Assembly: GCF_006345805.1 (NCBI RefSeq)
Contig: NC_042997.1
Span: 198,338,001-198,402,000, forward strand
Source of the DNA: Octopus sinensis
Lineage: Eukaryota
DNA length: 64,000 nucleotides
Reading direction: 5' to 3'
Positions 38,191 through 51,390 of this stretch are shown piece by piece. The notes under the pieces are model-generated. The model did not search any database and had not been told where the DNA came from. It worked only from the letters and a program-made list of their open reading frames with translations. The position numbers were made by a program, and so were the translations under genes. The stretch's first letter is position 1; each line of letters opens with the position of its first letter.

Positions 38191-38538
38191 AATTTCAAAG
38201 AATAAATTATATATCAGGTTAGGGCAATTGATTAATGAGTGGTTGGGTGTGGGATATTATGCTTTGCAGTATTTGTTCCAGTTCTGTGCGTTCTGCGATC
38301 AAATTCTTATGTTGCCTACTTAGAACGTTGTCTTAATCGTCCTCTCGTTTAGCACCAAGACTTGGTTCTTAGAGTCCATTCTACTGCAAGCTTTCGGACT
38401 GGGTCTCCGCTTGGTGGATATCTTCCTACTTCCCTCTTTCATTCTCACAAGTCTGCGACTTTGTAATGGCCGCTACCTTCTATCCTGATCACGCTATAAA
38501 GTAAATTGCCAAAATGTGTCTGTGTCTCTATGTATGTA

Positions 38539-38601
<63 letters not shown>

Positions 38602-38718
38602 TAGAAAGGGGGGAGAATGAGAGCTTTTTTTAATTTTTAGCGAGCTGGAAAAATATCTTAGATTTCAAATTATTTCCAAATCTAACATGTTCTGAACTGC
38701 ACTACAACAACAACAGCA

Positions 38719-38771
<53 letters not shown>

Positions 38772-39104
38772 GACAGACAGACAGAGAGATAGCGTGATGG
38801 ATAGGTGGGTTGACAGCACTAAGCAGTGATGTTTATAAACACAAACTCGTTACCAGTTGTTCAAATATGCTTCAGGCGTATTCGAATGTATAAGAGAGGT
38901 ATTCACTGTATTTTGTCATGGAGAAAATTTGTCTCCGGTGAGAAATGTTCTCCATGACAAAACAGTGTGAATAGCTGCCTTACGGGTTCGAACATGCCTC
39001 AAGCGTATTTGAACTGGTAACAAATTTGCACATATACGAGGTCTTTTCAGATTTGCGATTTATATTGAAATTGATAAAATAAAAGTGAATATTGATAGAA
39101 TAAA

Positions 39105-39250
39105 AGGGCAGGAGTGGCTCTGTGGTAAGTAGCTTGCTTACCAACCACATGGTTCCGGGTTCAGTCCCTCTGTGAGGCATCTTGGGCAAGTGTCTTCTAC
39201 TATATCATCGGGCCGACTAAAGCATTATGAGTGGATATGGCAGATCGTCG
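39105..39250 (+). mobile_element. SINE family B
   Basis: GGGCAGGAGTGGCTCTGTGGTAAG..GGTTCAGTCC. Confidence 0.8.
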
Positions 39251-39653
39251 TATATATATGTATATAATACGAAATGGAAAAGGGCGCAAGACATCCGGGC
39301 AGCTAGGTAATACAAAATGGGACAACTAAACATCCAGATAGATGATACAAAGAAAACAAGGACGGGTCATTCAAAGTTTTCTTTCCTCAGTCAAGCACCA
39401 GATTATCCTCGCAATTTCGGCTGATTATTCTTAAGATTGCCCCAATCTGGCCAGCCGCAAGGAAAAACTAAGCTAAGAGCATTAGATTCCTTGGAAGAAA
39501 GCAGCGAATGTATACAAAAAAAAACAAAGGACGGAAAAAACGGACAATGTTACAAAAATATAAATACAATAAAAAATACAATAAAAATAACAGATATATA
39601 TATGTTTGTGTGTTTGTACCTCCATCGTCACTTGACAACTAATAGTGTATCAA

Positions 39654-39884
39654 GACGGCGAGCTGGCAGAAACGTTAGCACGCCGGGCGAAATGCGTAGC
39701 CGTATTTCGTCTGCCGTTACGTTCTGAGTTCAAATTCCGCCGAGGCCTACTTTGCCTTTCATCCTTTCGGTGTCGATAAGTTAAGTACCAGTTACGCACT
39801 GGGGTCGATGTAATCGACTTAATCCGTTTGTCTGCCCTTGTTTGTTCCCTCTGTGTTTAGCTCCTTGTGGGTAATAAAGAAACA
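39654..39884 (+). mobile_element. SINE A inserted into a family B tail module
   Basis: TSD-like GACAACTAAT(A/G)GTGT at 39634-39648 and 39885-39899. Confidence 0.85.
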
Positions 39885-40136
39885 GACAACTAATGGTGTG
39901 TTTACGTCCCCTAGCGGTTCGGCAAAGGTGACCGATAGAATAAGTTGTAGGTTTACAAAAGTTAAGTACTGGGGTCGATTCGTTCGACTAAAGGTAATGC
40001 TCCAGCATGACCACAGTCAAATGACTGTAACCAGTAAAAGAAAATCCACTATCACGGAAAGCTATGCAATGTGTAGAAAATATCCTATATCGTATAATTA
40101 CAGGGTAAGTTTACTATATTCAACAGCAGTCTTTCA

Positions 40137-40584
40137 GGATCTTTTCGGTTTGAACGGCAGTTATTAACATAATTTCTAGGTAACTAAAACATTTTAAACT
40201 TCGTATACTGGTAGAATGTGTTTATAAAACATCTTTTTCTCTTGGCTTTATTGAGAAAATTCTATAGTTTGTAAGGTATTTGTTGTTTTTTTTCTTCAAT
40301 TTCTGCAATTTCAACCAATCAATGACGTGTACTGAGGTAAAAAAAACATTCTCTGCCATATGAATATGTCCCTCGTTTAAGAAACAGATTGGGTTTATTT
40401 ACGTTTCTGAAGAAAAAACATATACCCTTCCCCCCACCCCTAACCCTATCCCTAACCCTTGCCCTAACTAAACCTAACCCTAAAATAGATTGAAATGCAA
40501 TAGATCGATACTAGGGTCATAATTATGGGTGACAATTTCATATGACACCGCTAGACAAAACTGCCGTTCAAACCGAAAAGATCC
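40137..40584. mobile_element. Merlin-like MITE copy 2 (opposite orientation to copy 1)
   Basis: Same TIRs; flanks GTCTTTCA/ATCTTTCG match 6/8; internal CCCTAA-like run at about 40436-40483. Confidence 0.9.
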
Positions 40585-41099
40585 ATCTTTCGAGCTACAG
40601 CGGCTGTGTAAATAATCTTTCTTTGATTATAAAACAAGATTGGTTTTTCAGCGATTGTAAATATATTAATATTTTCCTTGCAATTTATGCTAAGCTGATA
40701 ATTCTGTTATTTGCAATTAATCAAATTTCTATAAGGAAAACAAAATTTCACAAAGCAAGTCTAACAGAACATCCATTCTCTGCGCTAATGGAATGTTCTG
40801 AATTTCGTGAGTAGACCTGACAGCACCTGACATCGTTCTAATACAACTAAATCGAAAGGTTAAATATTTCAATTGGCTTATTATATTTATTCTGTATCAA
40901 ATTGTTTGAACAATATCGCCGTTGGGTACAGATTTCTAACGAGCTAATTACTTCACGTTCGCAGCATTTACAATGGCGGGAGGGGGGTGTAACAAGGGTT
41001 TGTAATAACTCCAGTGAACCAAATAACACAAGGATTTTCGTTGAAAAGCATCAGTTCATCAAATTTCTTGCCATTATTTACATGTTTCCGGCGAAACAA

Positions 41100-41135
<36 letters not shown>

Positions 41136-41253
41136 TGGCCTACTCGCTTAGCCAGCGGGGTGGCGTCATTTGAAGGCTAAATCAATGCGAAGCGCATTGT
41201 GACCAGCGATGTGTAGCAACATCTAATAGCCTGGGCGGTAATGTGATCACGTG

Positions 41254-41325
<72 letters not shown>

Positions 41326-41337
41326 GGGGGAGAACTT

Positions 41338-41560
41338 ACGTGGCCTAGTGGTTAGAGTAATGCCTTAACGATCACCAGATCATGGGTTCGAATCCCGGAC
41401 CGAACGACGCGTTGTGTTCTTGAGCAAAACACTCCATTTCACTTTGTTCCAGTCCACACAGCTGTAAATGGGTTACTCTGCAACAGACTAGCCTTCTGAT
41501 CAGGGTGGGGATGGGGTATGTATGTATGTCCTGTTCGCCTAGCCAACATCGTGACGTCAT
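41338..41560 (+). mobile_element. SINE family D
   Basis: CGTGGCCTAGTGG..GGGTTCGAATCCC..TTCCAGTCCACACAGCTG. Confidence 0.75.
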
Positions 41561-41749
41561 TCTAAAGCTCAAGCAATGCAAAGCGTTTTGTAAGCAGCGA
41601 TATATAATACTATCTGATAATCTCGTCGATACCGTGAGACAAACAGACAGATAGATGCACAGATGCACAGATGGACGGACGGACGGACGGATGGATGGAT
41701 GGATGGAGGGATGGATGGATGGATGGATGGATGGATGGATCGTTCGTTC

Positions 41750-41945
41750 GTTAGCACGCCGGCGGTATTTCGTCTGCCGCTACATTCTCAGTTCAAATTC
41801 CGCCGAGGACGACTTTGCCTTTCATCCTTTCGGGGTCGGTAAGTTAAGTACCAGTTACGCACTGGAGACGATGTAATCGACTTAATCCCTTTGTCCGTCC
41901 TTGTTTTTCCCCTCTATGTTTGGCTCCTTGTGGGAAATAAAAAAT

Positions 41946-42041
<96 letters not shown>

Positions 42042-42042
42042 G

Positions 42043-42084
<42 letters not shown>

Positions 42085-42085
42085 G
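41750..42085 (+). mobile_element. SINE A followed by (GATA)n and preceded by (GGAT)n
   Basis: Module sequence at about 41750-41945, then tetranucleotide repeat. Confidence 0.8.
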
Positions 42086-43204
42086 GATAAAGAGAGAGAG
42101 ATAGACTTTTTAATTTTTTTCCCCCGTTGTTGACGTATGCTAATACCTACCTAAACTATGTTTTACTAAATAGCAAGTAAATGGTTCTACGAAAATTTAT
42201 TTACTTTCGTATTATAACTACTATAATAATTCTTACTAATCTATCTTCTGCAGTTTTCATTATCTTGTAGGTTTTCTTTGTTTTTAAGCTTCGTTTCTTA
42301 TCAATCTCAAGATTTGTGTCCCTTTACACCCTACAAATCACAAGCCTTTATTTTACTCTGGTATAGACAGAATCAATTCTTGTATCAACAGCTTATCCAG
42401 AGATAACTATTCGTGTGTGCCTGGCCAACGACGGAAATTCTTACGCGGTCATTCTACCTTATACAAATAATAGATACGCCATCGTCATAATCACCCTCTA
42501 TTGTCTTCTAAAGCTGAGAAACACATTGGAAGGTAAATAAAAAGAAGAGATCATCAAAGTTTGAACAGCTTTAATCATAGGTCTCTGTCAATCCTGACAT
42601 TGGGCGAGATAACAATAAAATATTGTGTGTATATTTTTGAAGGAAAATATATAGGAAAGTAAAAATATATCATGACTCCATCTCAATTACTAGTTCTTAT
42701 AAATTTTCTAAATTTGCTTACTCGTTCGTGAAAATTCTCCGTTATTATCTCGATGTCAAAACCGTAATTATTATCTGGATAACAAAACTAGTAATTTCCG
42801 AAAATTTGCAATATTTCTTCAATTGTCTATTATTTCCTATACGTAAACATTACAAACAATAGCAGTCGCTTTACAAAACCTCGTCTCAAACCTATTTCCT
42901 ATCGTCATTGATAGAAGTGTGACTGAAGTTATTGCCCTTCATCTCTAATAATAAAACTGATAGAATTCAGCATTCATTGCCGAACAACCTGCGTAGATGA
43001 TTGGTTTATAGTGAATAAAGATTTGTGCTGTATATTAAGTCGCTCTTTCCATCAAATCAACATAGCATGAACAGCTTCACAGTGTTCCACACGTCAAATG
43101 AAGTGACCACAGAGCAGCGTGAAATGAAGTGCTTTGCCCAAGAACACAACGTCCACCCTTTCTGGGAATCTAAACTGAGATCTTGTGGTCGTGAGTACAA
43201 CATT

Positions 43205-43432
43205 CTTATTTCTTTACTGCCCACAAGAGGCTACACACAGGGGACAAACAAGGACAAACAAACGGATTAAGTCGATTATATCGACCCCAGTGCGTAACTG
43301 GTACTTATTTAATCGACCCCGAAAGGATGAAAGACAAAGTCGACCTCGGCGGAATTTGAACTCAGAACGTAACGACAGACGAAATACTGCTAAGCATTTC
43401 GTCCGGCGTGCTAACGTTTCTGCCAGCTCGCC
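43205..43432 (-). mobile_element. SINE family A monomer
   Basis: Reverse complement ends TTTCTGCCAGCTCGCC. Confidence 0.88.
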
Positions 43433-44957
43433 GTGAGTGCAACATTCTTATCACTAGATCAACATATTGTCTGTTTAACGTTTCATAGTGCACTTTTCTT
43501 GACCCCAGAGAAACTATGGGGCCTCTAAAAGAAGTCACGTGATTAGTTTCTATTATCCGCAACAGTTTTCTCTAACGCACACTTGTCTTTATTCTAGTTA
43601 AACGCTAACTGCACGGACCACGTAGTAATGATCTGTTAAATACGAAATTCATTCTTTACTTAGTGCTCAACCGTGCTTTTCCTCTTTTTCGTTGCATTAC
43701 CAGACTTCGAATCCTTGATAGACTTCCACCTTTGTTTTAAAATTCCAAAGAAATTGGATTTATCAGAGAAAGGATTGTTCCATTTATTAAATAAGGTTTC
43801 CTTATTTCGTTTATATATGTTTCCTTTTGATAGTGATCACGCAGTTTGTAAACTACGTGATCAGAATCAAAAGACAAGAAATGGAAATGTAATAAAAGAC
43901 ATTTTAAGAATTTACGTACTTCTATGAATTTATATAATTCCTTAGTCTGAGAAACTTCGATCAACTCAATTATTCTGCTATCGTATGCCGTTTGTTGAAT
44001 GCTTTACATTTCAAGATCTAACTGTTATCGAGTAATTCGATAAATTTGTGATGTATCGTGGAATAGCATTGGTCTTACCATCGTTCATATCACAGTATTG
44101 CTTCATTAACAGTGTCATTATATAAGTTAATTGAGAGGGGGGTGATATGCACAATGCAGTGACCGAAATAAAATTTTCCCTGGGTTAAAGATATATTTGT
44201 TATAAAGAGAAAAGTCATTAACTAAATTATGTAATTATTGTCAAGAAATCTAAGACAAATAGTTAATTTGAAATTTAAAAATGAGTAAAATTTGAAAGAA
44301 GGTATACTGTAATTTGTGAGACTGATGTTTAGAAAGTATTGGGAAAAATTCGGACATATTTCAATTATATCAAAGTCGGGGAGCTGGCAGAATCGTTAGC
44401 ACGCCAGACAAAATGCTAAGAAGCATTTCGTCCGTCTTTATGTTCTGAGTTCAAATTCCACCGAAGTCGAATTTGCCTTTCGGGGTCGATAAATTGAACA
44501 TTGGTACCGATGTAATCGACTAGCCCCCTCCACCAAATTCGCTTACCTTGTGCCAAAATCTGAAACCGATATTTCAATCATAGTAGAACTCATCAAAGTA
44601 TAGTCTTGCCAGAACAAAGAATGGTAGAGAAATTACAAGGAAATGTCGCTGAACAAAAAAGTATTAAGAAATATTGTAAGGGTCACCTATTGCATAAGCA
44701 TAAGTGAAGGGTTTACAATTTGTTAATCCTTTTATGTATACACACACACACAGACATATGTGCATACATACATACATACGTACATATATATATATATATA
44801 TATGTGTATATATATATATATATATGTGTGTGTGTACAGTATATATGACAGGCACTAATGCATCCGTATTTGCACACATACATTTATGCTTACACACACA
44901 CAAACGCACACACACATACACACACTCTTCCTTTCTCTCTCTCTCTCTCCCTCTCTC

Positions 44958-45004
<47 letters not shown>

Positions 45005-45699
45005 CCTTTCCTCTGAGTAGACTCGCCAGACACCAAAGTGCAACTAGATTCCTGCCCAGTCAATCGGCCCAAGAAATTCTCTTTTCTAATGCATCTAGTA
45101 TCACTGAAATGCCGATTTTTACTACTAAAAAAACCTGTGATTCGTCTTCACCAATAGCGGCTCATTTTCCAGTAGCCCTCTAAGCCATTCAGTAGCCACC
45201 TTGTCCATTCAGTAGCCATCTCGGACTTCATGTAATTCTCCATTCGGTAATCTAAGCCTGAACGAGCTAGCTTTCTGTAAGAAGCCTGAAGACTTTAAGT
45301 TGCATGGAGCCGAAAAAAAAAACTGGTTTAAATAGTAATAATAATGATGACTATGATGAAGATGATGATGGCTGGCATCATCATCAGTTATTCAATGAAA
45401 TTATGAGAGATCCTAAGAAAACCCATGATTGGTTGGCAAGAGGTATTACTAACCTACACCCGAAGAATTATGAAACCAAATTTCCCCCAAAAGTATCGGC
45501 CCATTACATGTCTATCTACCTCGTGTGAATTTTTAACATCCATCTTCGTAGAGAAAACACAAATTTATGGAACAGAACCATATTTTCCCCACTGAACAAA
45601 AAGGGTGCCCACGAGGCTCATAAATAGATGTTAAGACCATCCCCTAATCGCATGTTCTTCAGAACTGTCATCACAAACGCAAAAACTCACTTCCGATTG

Positions 45700-46620
45700 A
45701 TTATAGAAAGGCCTTCGACAGCATACCGCTTTTATGGATCTTGAAATCGCTGGATATTCTTCAAAATATCTCCTGTGATTTCAAACTGCCTGAAACACCA
45801 CATGCCAGTGTGGAATACCAATCTCCAGTTGTACCACTCTAATGGAGTACTGACCACAAACAATATTAACACATTCTGCGGCATTTTCCAATGTGACTCA
45901 CTTTCTCCTCAAACTTAACAGAACAGGGTATGAGTATAAAATTGACGGCAAGAATATAAGCCATGTATTTTACAAGAATGACTTAAAACTGTATGGCAAA
46001 GGCGATAACGAGCTTGAAGGTATATTGCGAACTGTGAAACCATTCAGGATGGAATTTAGTCTTATTGAATGTACAAAGGCTACTTTCCAGACAGGGAAAT
46101 TGAAAACCTCACATTCAGTAGTGTTAGATATTAAAAAAAGAATAAAATCCGGAGGGACAAACTAATAAATACCTTGGAATAAATGAGGGCTCTAGCATTC
46201 AGCATGCAAACATCAAAGAGAAAATCAGGAAGGAATGTTACTGGAAAGTTCGAGCAGTCCTAAAATCCGAGCTAAAGGCACGTAACAAGTTGTTAGCCGA
46301 AAATTCCTTAGCAGTTTCGGTTGCTATTTACAGTTTCAATGTGTTGAACAGGAAAATGAGCGAAATAAGGAAGACTGAGAGGAAAAGCCGTAAACTGCTG
46401 ACTTGCAATAAGATGCACCACCCAAAGGCAGATGCAAAGCCCAAGGAGGTTGACTCTTGGTCCTGTTTGAAATCTCTTACAAAACCACCACAACTGGACT
46501 GGACAAATATCTAACGACTGGATGCTAAAGCTCGTTAAAAACCACGGGAGACGTAAGCCGCTTCATTATGTAATGAAGGGGAGAAACATTTACTAAGTTC
46601 ATGCATAATATCCAAATTAA
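45700..46620 (+). mobile_element. R4/Dong-like reverse transcriptase fragment, decayed
   Basis: KAFDSIP; GIFQCDSLSP; ISHVFYKNDLKLY (decayed YMDD); KYLGI; VRAVLKSELKARNK..YSFNVLN..KMHHPKAD. Confidence 0.85.
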
Positions 46621-46726
46621 ACAGCATGATGGAAGTGCAGCAATTGTTGTTGCAAAGAAGGTACATAAATGTAAACATAATCACTAACAGGGACTTTAAT
46701 CGTCCGAAAAATGCCGGTCGAGAAAT

Positions 46727-46777
46727 TCTTAATACTGACATCAGTTTCGATAATCTCCGTTGCCTCATCAGTTAACA
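46727..46777 (-). ncRNA. Type I hammerhead ribozyme, weakened stem II
   Basis: UGUUAA-CUGAUGA-GGCAACggagAUUAUC-GAAA-CUG(augu)CAG-U-A/UUAAGA; perfect distal helix GUCCGAAAA/UUUUCGGAC. Confidence 0.7.
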
Positions 46778-46865
46778 CTGGCTCGCAAGTTTGGCTCTTT
46801 TCGGACTTGCATCTAACACCAAAGTCACATTTAGTGACAATTATAATTCTCCTTTTTGGTGAAAG

Positions 46866-47110
46866 TGGAGGCGCGTGGCTTAGTGGTTAGGGTATCAGCA
46901 CCATGATCGTAAGATTGTGGTTTCGATTCTTGGACCGGGCGACGCGTTGTATTTTTGAGCAAAATACTTCATTTTACGTTGCTCCAATCCACTCAGCTGG
47001 CAAAAACGAGTAACGCTGCGATGGACTGCGTCCCGTCCAGCTGAGGAACGCATGTGCTATTGAAACCGGGAAACCGGACCCATGAGCCTGGCTAGGCTTT
47101 AAAACGGCGC
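46866..47110 (+). mobile_element. SINE family D between the two hammerhead repeats
   Basis: GGAGGCGCGTGGCTTAGTGGTTAGGG head; 3' part shared with family C. Confidence 0.85.
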
Positions 47111-47276
47111 ATTTATTCATTTTTATTTTTGGTGAAACATTACAAACTACTCTACTGTTTACATTAATTTTATGTATACACATTTGCGAATCGCTAAATC
47201 ATCCATTAATTTGGTTGACGCAAACATATATAATAATAGAGAAGCAAGTCCGAAAAGAGCTAAACTTTCGAGCCAG

Positions 47277-47327
47277 TCTTAACTGACGAGGCAACGGAAA
47301 CTGCCGAAACTGACGGCAGTATTAAGA
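47277..47327 (+). ncRNA. Canonical type I hammerhead ribozyme
   Basis: UCUUAA-CUGACGA-GGCA(acggaaac)UGCC-GAAA-CUG(acgg)CAG-U-A/UUAAGA. All core positions are present and three helices form; predicted GUA cleavage after 47321. Confidence 0.85.
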
Positions 47328-47778
47328 ATTCTCTATCGACATTTTTCGCACGATTAAAGTCCCTGTTAGAGTGTATGTTTATATTTATGTGCGTTGACCT
47401 CAGCATTAGAGCATTTAAGATCTTATTTCTAGCAACGTAGATGTTTCTAACACCCTAGTCACATTTAGAGACAATGGTGTATGTATATATATATAATGTT
47501 GGCAAATGGAATTAGTATAAAAATGAACATTGTCAATATAATTTTAAAAATTCCATATGTGACAGAAGAATGCTCTACATTTTAAAACTGATATAATACT
47601 TACATTGTTTAATTAAATGAAATAGCATGAAACGATTTTACTACACTACCTTTGGATATCCGTGTTGCTTATTTTGATTATAATCACCCCATTTGATTTA
47701 TATGGATAATACCATAACAAATTCAGGTGCCTTTAACTTAAGTATCATATTCATCTGAATCTAAATTTTTGCTGAACT

Positions 47779-47854
<76 letters not shown>

Positions 47855-48914
47855 CGGGGGAAATGAAACATCCTAAAACATTATAGTAAGGAATATTTGC
47901 AAAGAGATAAATCAGTTTCCCAATGACAAAATGAAACATACAAATATGTGTAAGAATACTACAGACCAAAAAATTCAAATTTAGACAATTTTCACTTTAT
48001 TGATAGTTTGAAACGAAACGACGGGGAAGTTTTCCATGAGAAATAAGAGCTAACTTCTTACGAGTCTCCGGTAAAGTCCAAGTTGGGAATCAAAATGCTT
48101 CCCTTGGTTTGGCATCAATTTCTCGGAAATATATATCTTGCTCGACTAATGAAAACGAAACGAATTTTTAAGAAAACATCATTAAACAGAATTATTCCGT
48201 AATAAATAATGATAGAAACACATCTCGGAATATCCATAAATTTAGCAATGTATATTTTGCCCAGGAGCATCTAAAGATAAACACAAACAAAATATTTCTC
48301 ACAATGTTTATGATAAATCACAACGAAGGAGATAATTCTCGTTTGTTTGCTTTGTTTACTTACGAAATCTTGAAAGGAAGAGTTAGACATTTCCCTTTGG
48401 AAATCTTTCATATTTGCAGATAACGTTAAAAAATTTAACCAAGTGTAAGAGATTACAGGATTGGCACCATTTCAAAACATCAGATCATTTCAATATATCA
48501 TTGAGGTAAATAATTCGTTTGTATCACGAATTAATTTTGTATAATATTAGAGAAAGACATTTTCAATAAGTTATGAATGCAGATATTGTCTATTCAAATA
48601 ACATTTTAAATTGTTTAGATACTTATTATATATTCAGCGATGAGCTTTTATCATTAACCACCCGCAAGGGGGAACTCATACGTATACCCGCATTTATGTG
48701 GAATTATTCACACATATGCACACGCGGTGCTACAACTGCACTGTTTATTCTACCGTAGAGAAACAAAAGAAGTGCTCTAAGTAGCTTTATTTCGAAAGTA
48801 TGTTGATGGTAATTTACGTAAGTTAAACAAATGTACCCGTTTACACGTTCACGCGCTGCTTGTATGTGTGTGTGTGTGTGTGTGTGTGTATTTGTGGGCA
48901 TATATGTGTATATA

Positions 48915-48980
<66 letters not shown>

Positions 48981-48982
48981 CC

Positions 48983-49077
48983 AAATAAGCTACAAGGATA
49001 TCCAAAGGTAGTGCCGTACGATCGTTTCATGCGACTTCATTTACTGCACTACCTTTGGATATCCTTGTTGCTTATTT
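48983..49077. repeat. 32-bp inverted repeat (1 mismatch) with 31-nt spacer
   Basis: AAATAAGCTACAAGGATATCCAAAGGTAGTGC versus GCACTACCTTTGGATATCCTTGTTGCTTATTT; right arm and downstream sequence recur at about 47640-47780. Confidence 0.88.
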
Positions 49078-49289
49078 TGATTATAATAACCCCATTTTGA
49101 TTTATATGGAAAATACCATACCAAATTCTGGTGCCTTTGATTTAAGTACCATATTCAACTGGATCTAAATTTTTACTGAACTTATATATATATATAAAAT
49201 ATTATTAGAGACAAAACCACTATTTTGCAAAACAAACAAGGAAAGACTTAATCAATACATAAAATTTTAATAAATAGTCAAAAAAACCG

Positions 49290-49332
49290 CCACTACAATT
49301 GTTTCTTGTCTTGATCGACAATCTTCAGGTGG
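49290..49332 (-). ncRNA. Type I hammerhead ribozyme with palindromic stem III
   Basis: CCAC-CUGAAGA-UUGUC(gaucaa)GACAA-GAAA-CAAUUG-U-A/GUGG. Confidence 0.8.
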
Positions 49333-49348
49333 ACTTCCAATCTATGCC

Positions 49349-49640
49349 AGTGCTACTCAAAGTGGTGGTCTGTGGACCAGTGCCAGTACATGGTGAGTCA
49401 AAATAATGTAATAAGAACCAGTTACCAGCATTTTCTTCGTTTGAATTCTCAGCTATATTTTCCAGAGAAAGTTTATTCATTTTGCTCTTTGATTCTAGTT
49501 CGTTGTTGTCTTTCTCTGAACTTGTGTCAGAACGAAGTGATTCAGCATGCCCCTACCAATGATGACTCGAGCTTGGTTTTAATTCTTTTTTTTTCTCCAT
49601 CAAATTATTATTATTGTTGTTCTGTATTATTTTTTTTTCT
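49349..49640. mobile_element. hAT/Charlie-like element end
   Basis: CAGTGCTACTCAAAGTGGTGGTC resembles Charlie TIRs; partner TIR not found. Confidence 0.4.
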
Positions 49641-51390
49641 TTTCACTTCTAATTGAAAGAATGTGACGAAATAAAATTTAATTCAGTAAGCTTGGGCTAG
49701 CTAATTTAGGAGGTGACGAGAAAGAAGATTATTTGGGGAGGGGGTGATGAACATATATATATATATATTATATATATATATATATATATATTTGTGTGCG
49801 TTTGCTTGTATACACATGCATATGTGTGTATGTGTAAGAATTGAGATCTACGACGTTTCGGACAAAACACTTTTTCATGGTTAAATTTATCGGATGGGGC
49901 AAGTAAAGATAGTAGTGTTATATACTATGTTTGAGTGACTGGTCACAAACATGAAAAAAAAAACATCTAGAGATTGCATACATAGACAGAAAGTAATAGG
50001 AGAGAGAAATTAAGTGAGATAGAGAGAAAAAAAGAAAACAAGAGGAAAAGAAATTGGCAAGGGTAAGGCGAGGAAACAATGAAAGTGAGAGGGAGCTAAA
50101 GAATAATATCATTACTGAAATAAGAGATGGTGAAGTAGGAGCAAGGAAAACGTGCTTTTGTACGTGATCCAATAAGTTATCGGAAATTTACTAAATTCAC
50201 AATGACATGTTCGCCTTGTGTTTGAAGCATCATAATTGTTAAGATGTCATGAGAAGTAGAACTACAGCAGAAGGGAATGTGTAATCATAGAAGGACGATG
50301 TCACTGTGCCAAATTTATGGCTATCGGAATGTTTATAATAACTCTTTAGGGGAATGGCGGAGTAAACACTTAAGCCGTGTTTCACATAGGTTAATAATGT
50401 TTTCTTAGGTATAAATTAGATTCTGTAGCCGTTGTTTAGCTCTGGTTCAACTCTTTCTAGTAGACATATGAACAAAGGCATTTCAAGTGCAGGATCATCA
50501 CGTCTGTTTTAGGATACGTATATAACCCTAGGATTAGAAAGATCCTATTGCAAATACATGCTTCTGAGTTCGACCCCAGTATGCACTACTCTGGTCAAGT
50601 GTCTTCTAATATACTACTGAGTTGACCTAAACCTAAAGAGTTGGCGGCTCCTAGGTGTGTGCATGCGTGTGTGTGTGTGTGCGTGTGTGTGTGTGTGCGT
50701 GCTTGTGTGTGAGTGTGTGATTTTGAAAATATTAGCAGCACAAAAATAATTACAGAAAAAATTATACAATACCAGATTGTCGTCAAAAATTTTAATTATA
50801 CAGAAATACAATTCTCACACACGTATATGAGTGAAGAGGCCAGAATTAATTTGTTAAGCAAAAACTAAAAAAAACAACAAAAAAAACATTGTGTATTTTT
50901 CCTCTATCTGCATAAGGTCCTTTTGTATACAAATTCATTTTACCTTCCCTCTTATGAAGTGATTTAAACAGCTAACATAGTGTTGAAAGTCAATTTTATT
51001 AAGTAAAACAATTAAAGGCGATGCGATTGTATGCACACAGTCCAATGACTGAAACCAGTGTAAGACTGAAATAACTGTAACTATGGCCCCTGACTCTAAA
51101 TTAAGATTCGGTTTTTAAGGGAGTGGGATTTTGGGGAAACTTGGTTAAGCAGTTTGTTGCGTGCTGAGAAACTGTTGGTCTGAAGAAGTTTAATTTGTTT
51201 CTAATGCAGGTTTATATTTAATTGAATCTATCCATGTATACGATTGCTATTCATTTCAAATTTCGTGTTAACATAAAATGGTTTATACGAGAAAATAGTC
51301 CTGTTTAAGAATTATATATATATATATATAATAGAAATATTAAAATTACTAAGTCTCTCTAAAAGAGAACAGCGGCAGCGTTCCCGGAAA

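Noticed and set aside
40436-40483. Telomere or interstitial telomeric array
   Set aside because: Short, imperfect and internal to the MITE in all three copies.
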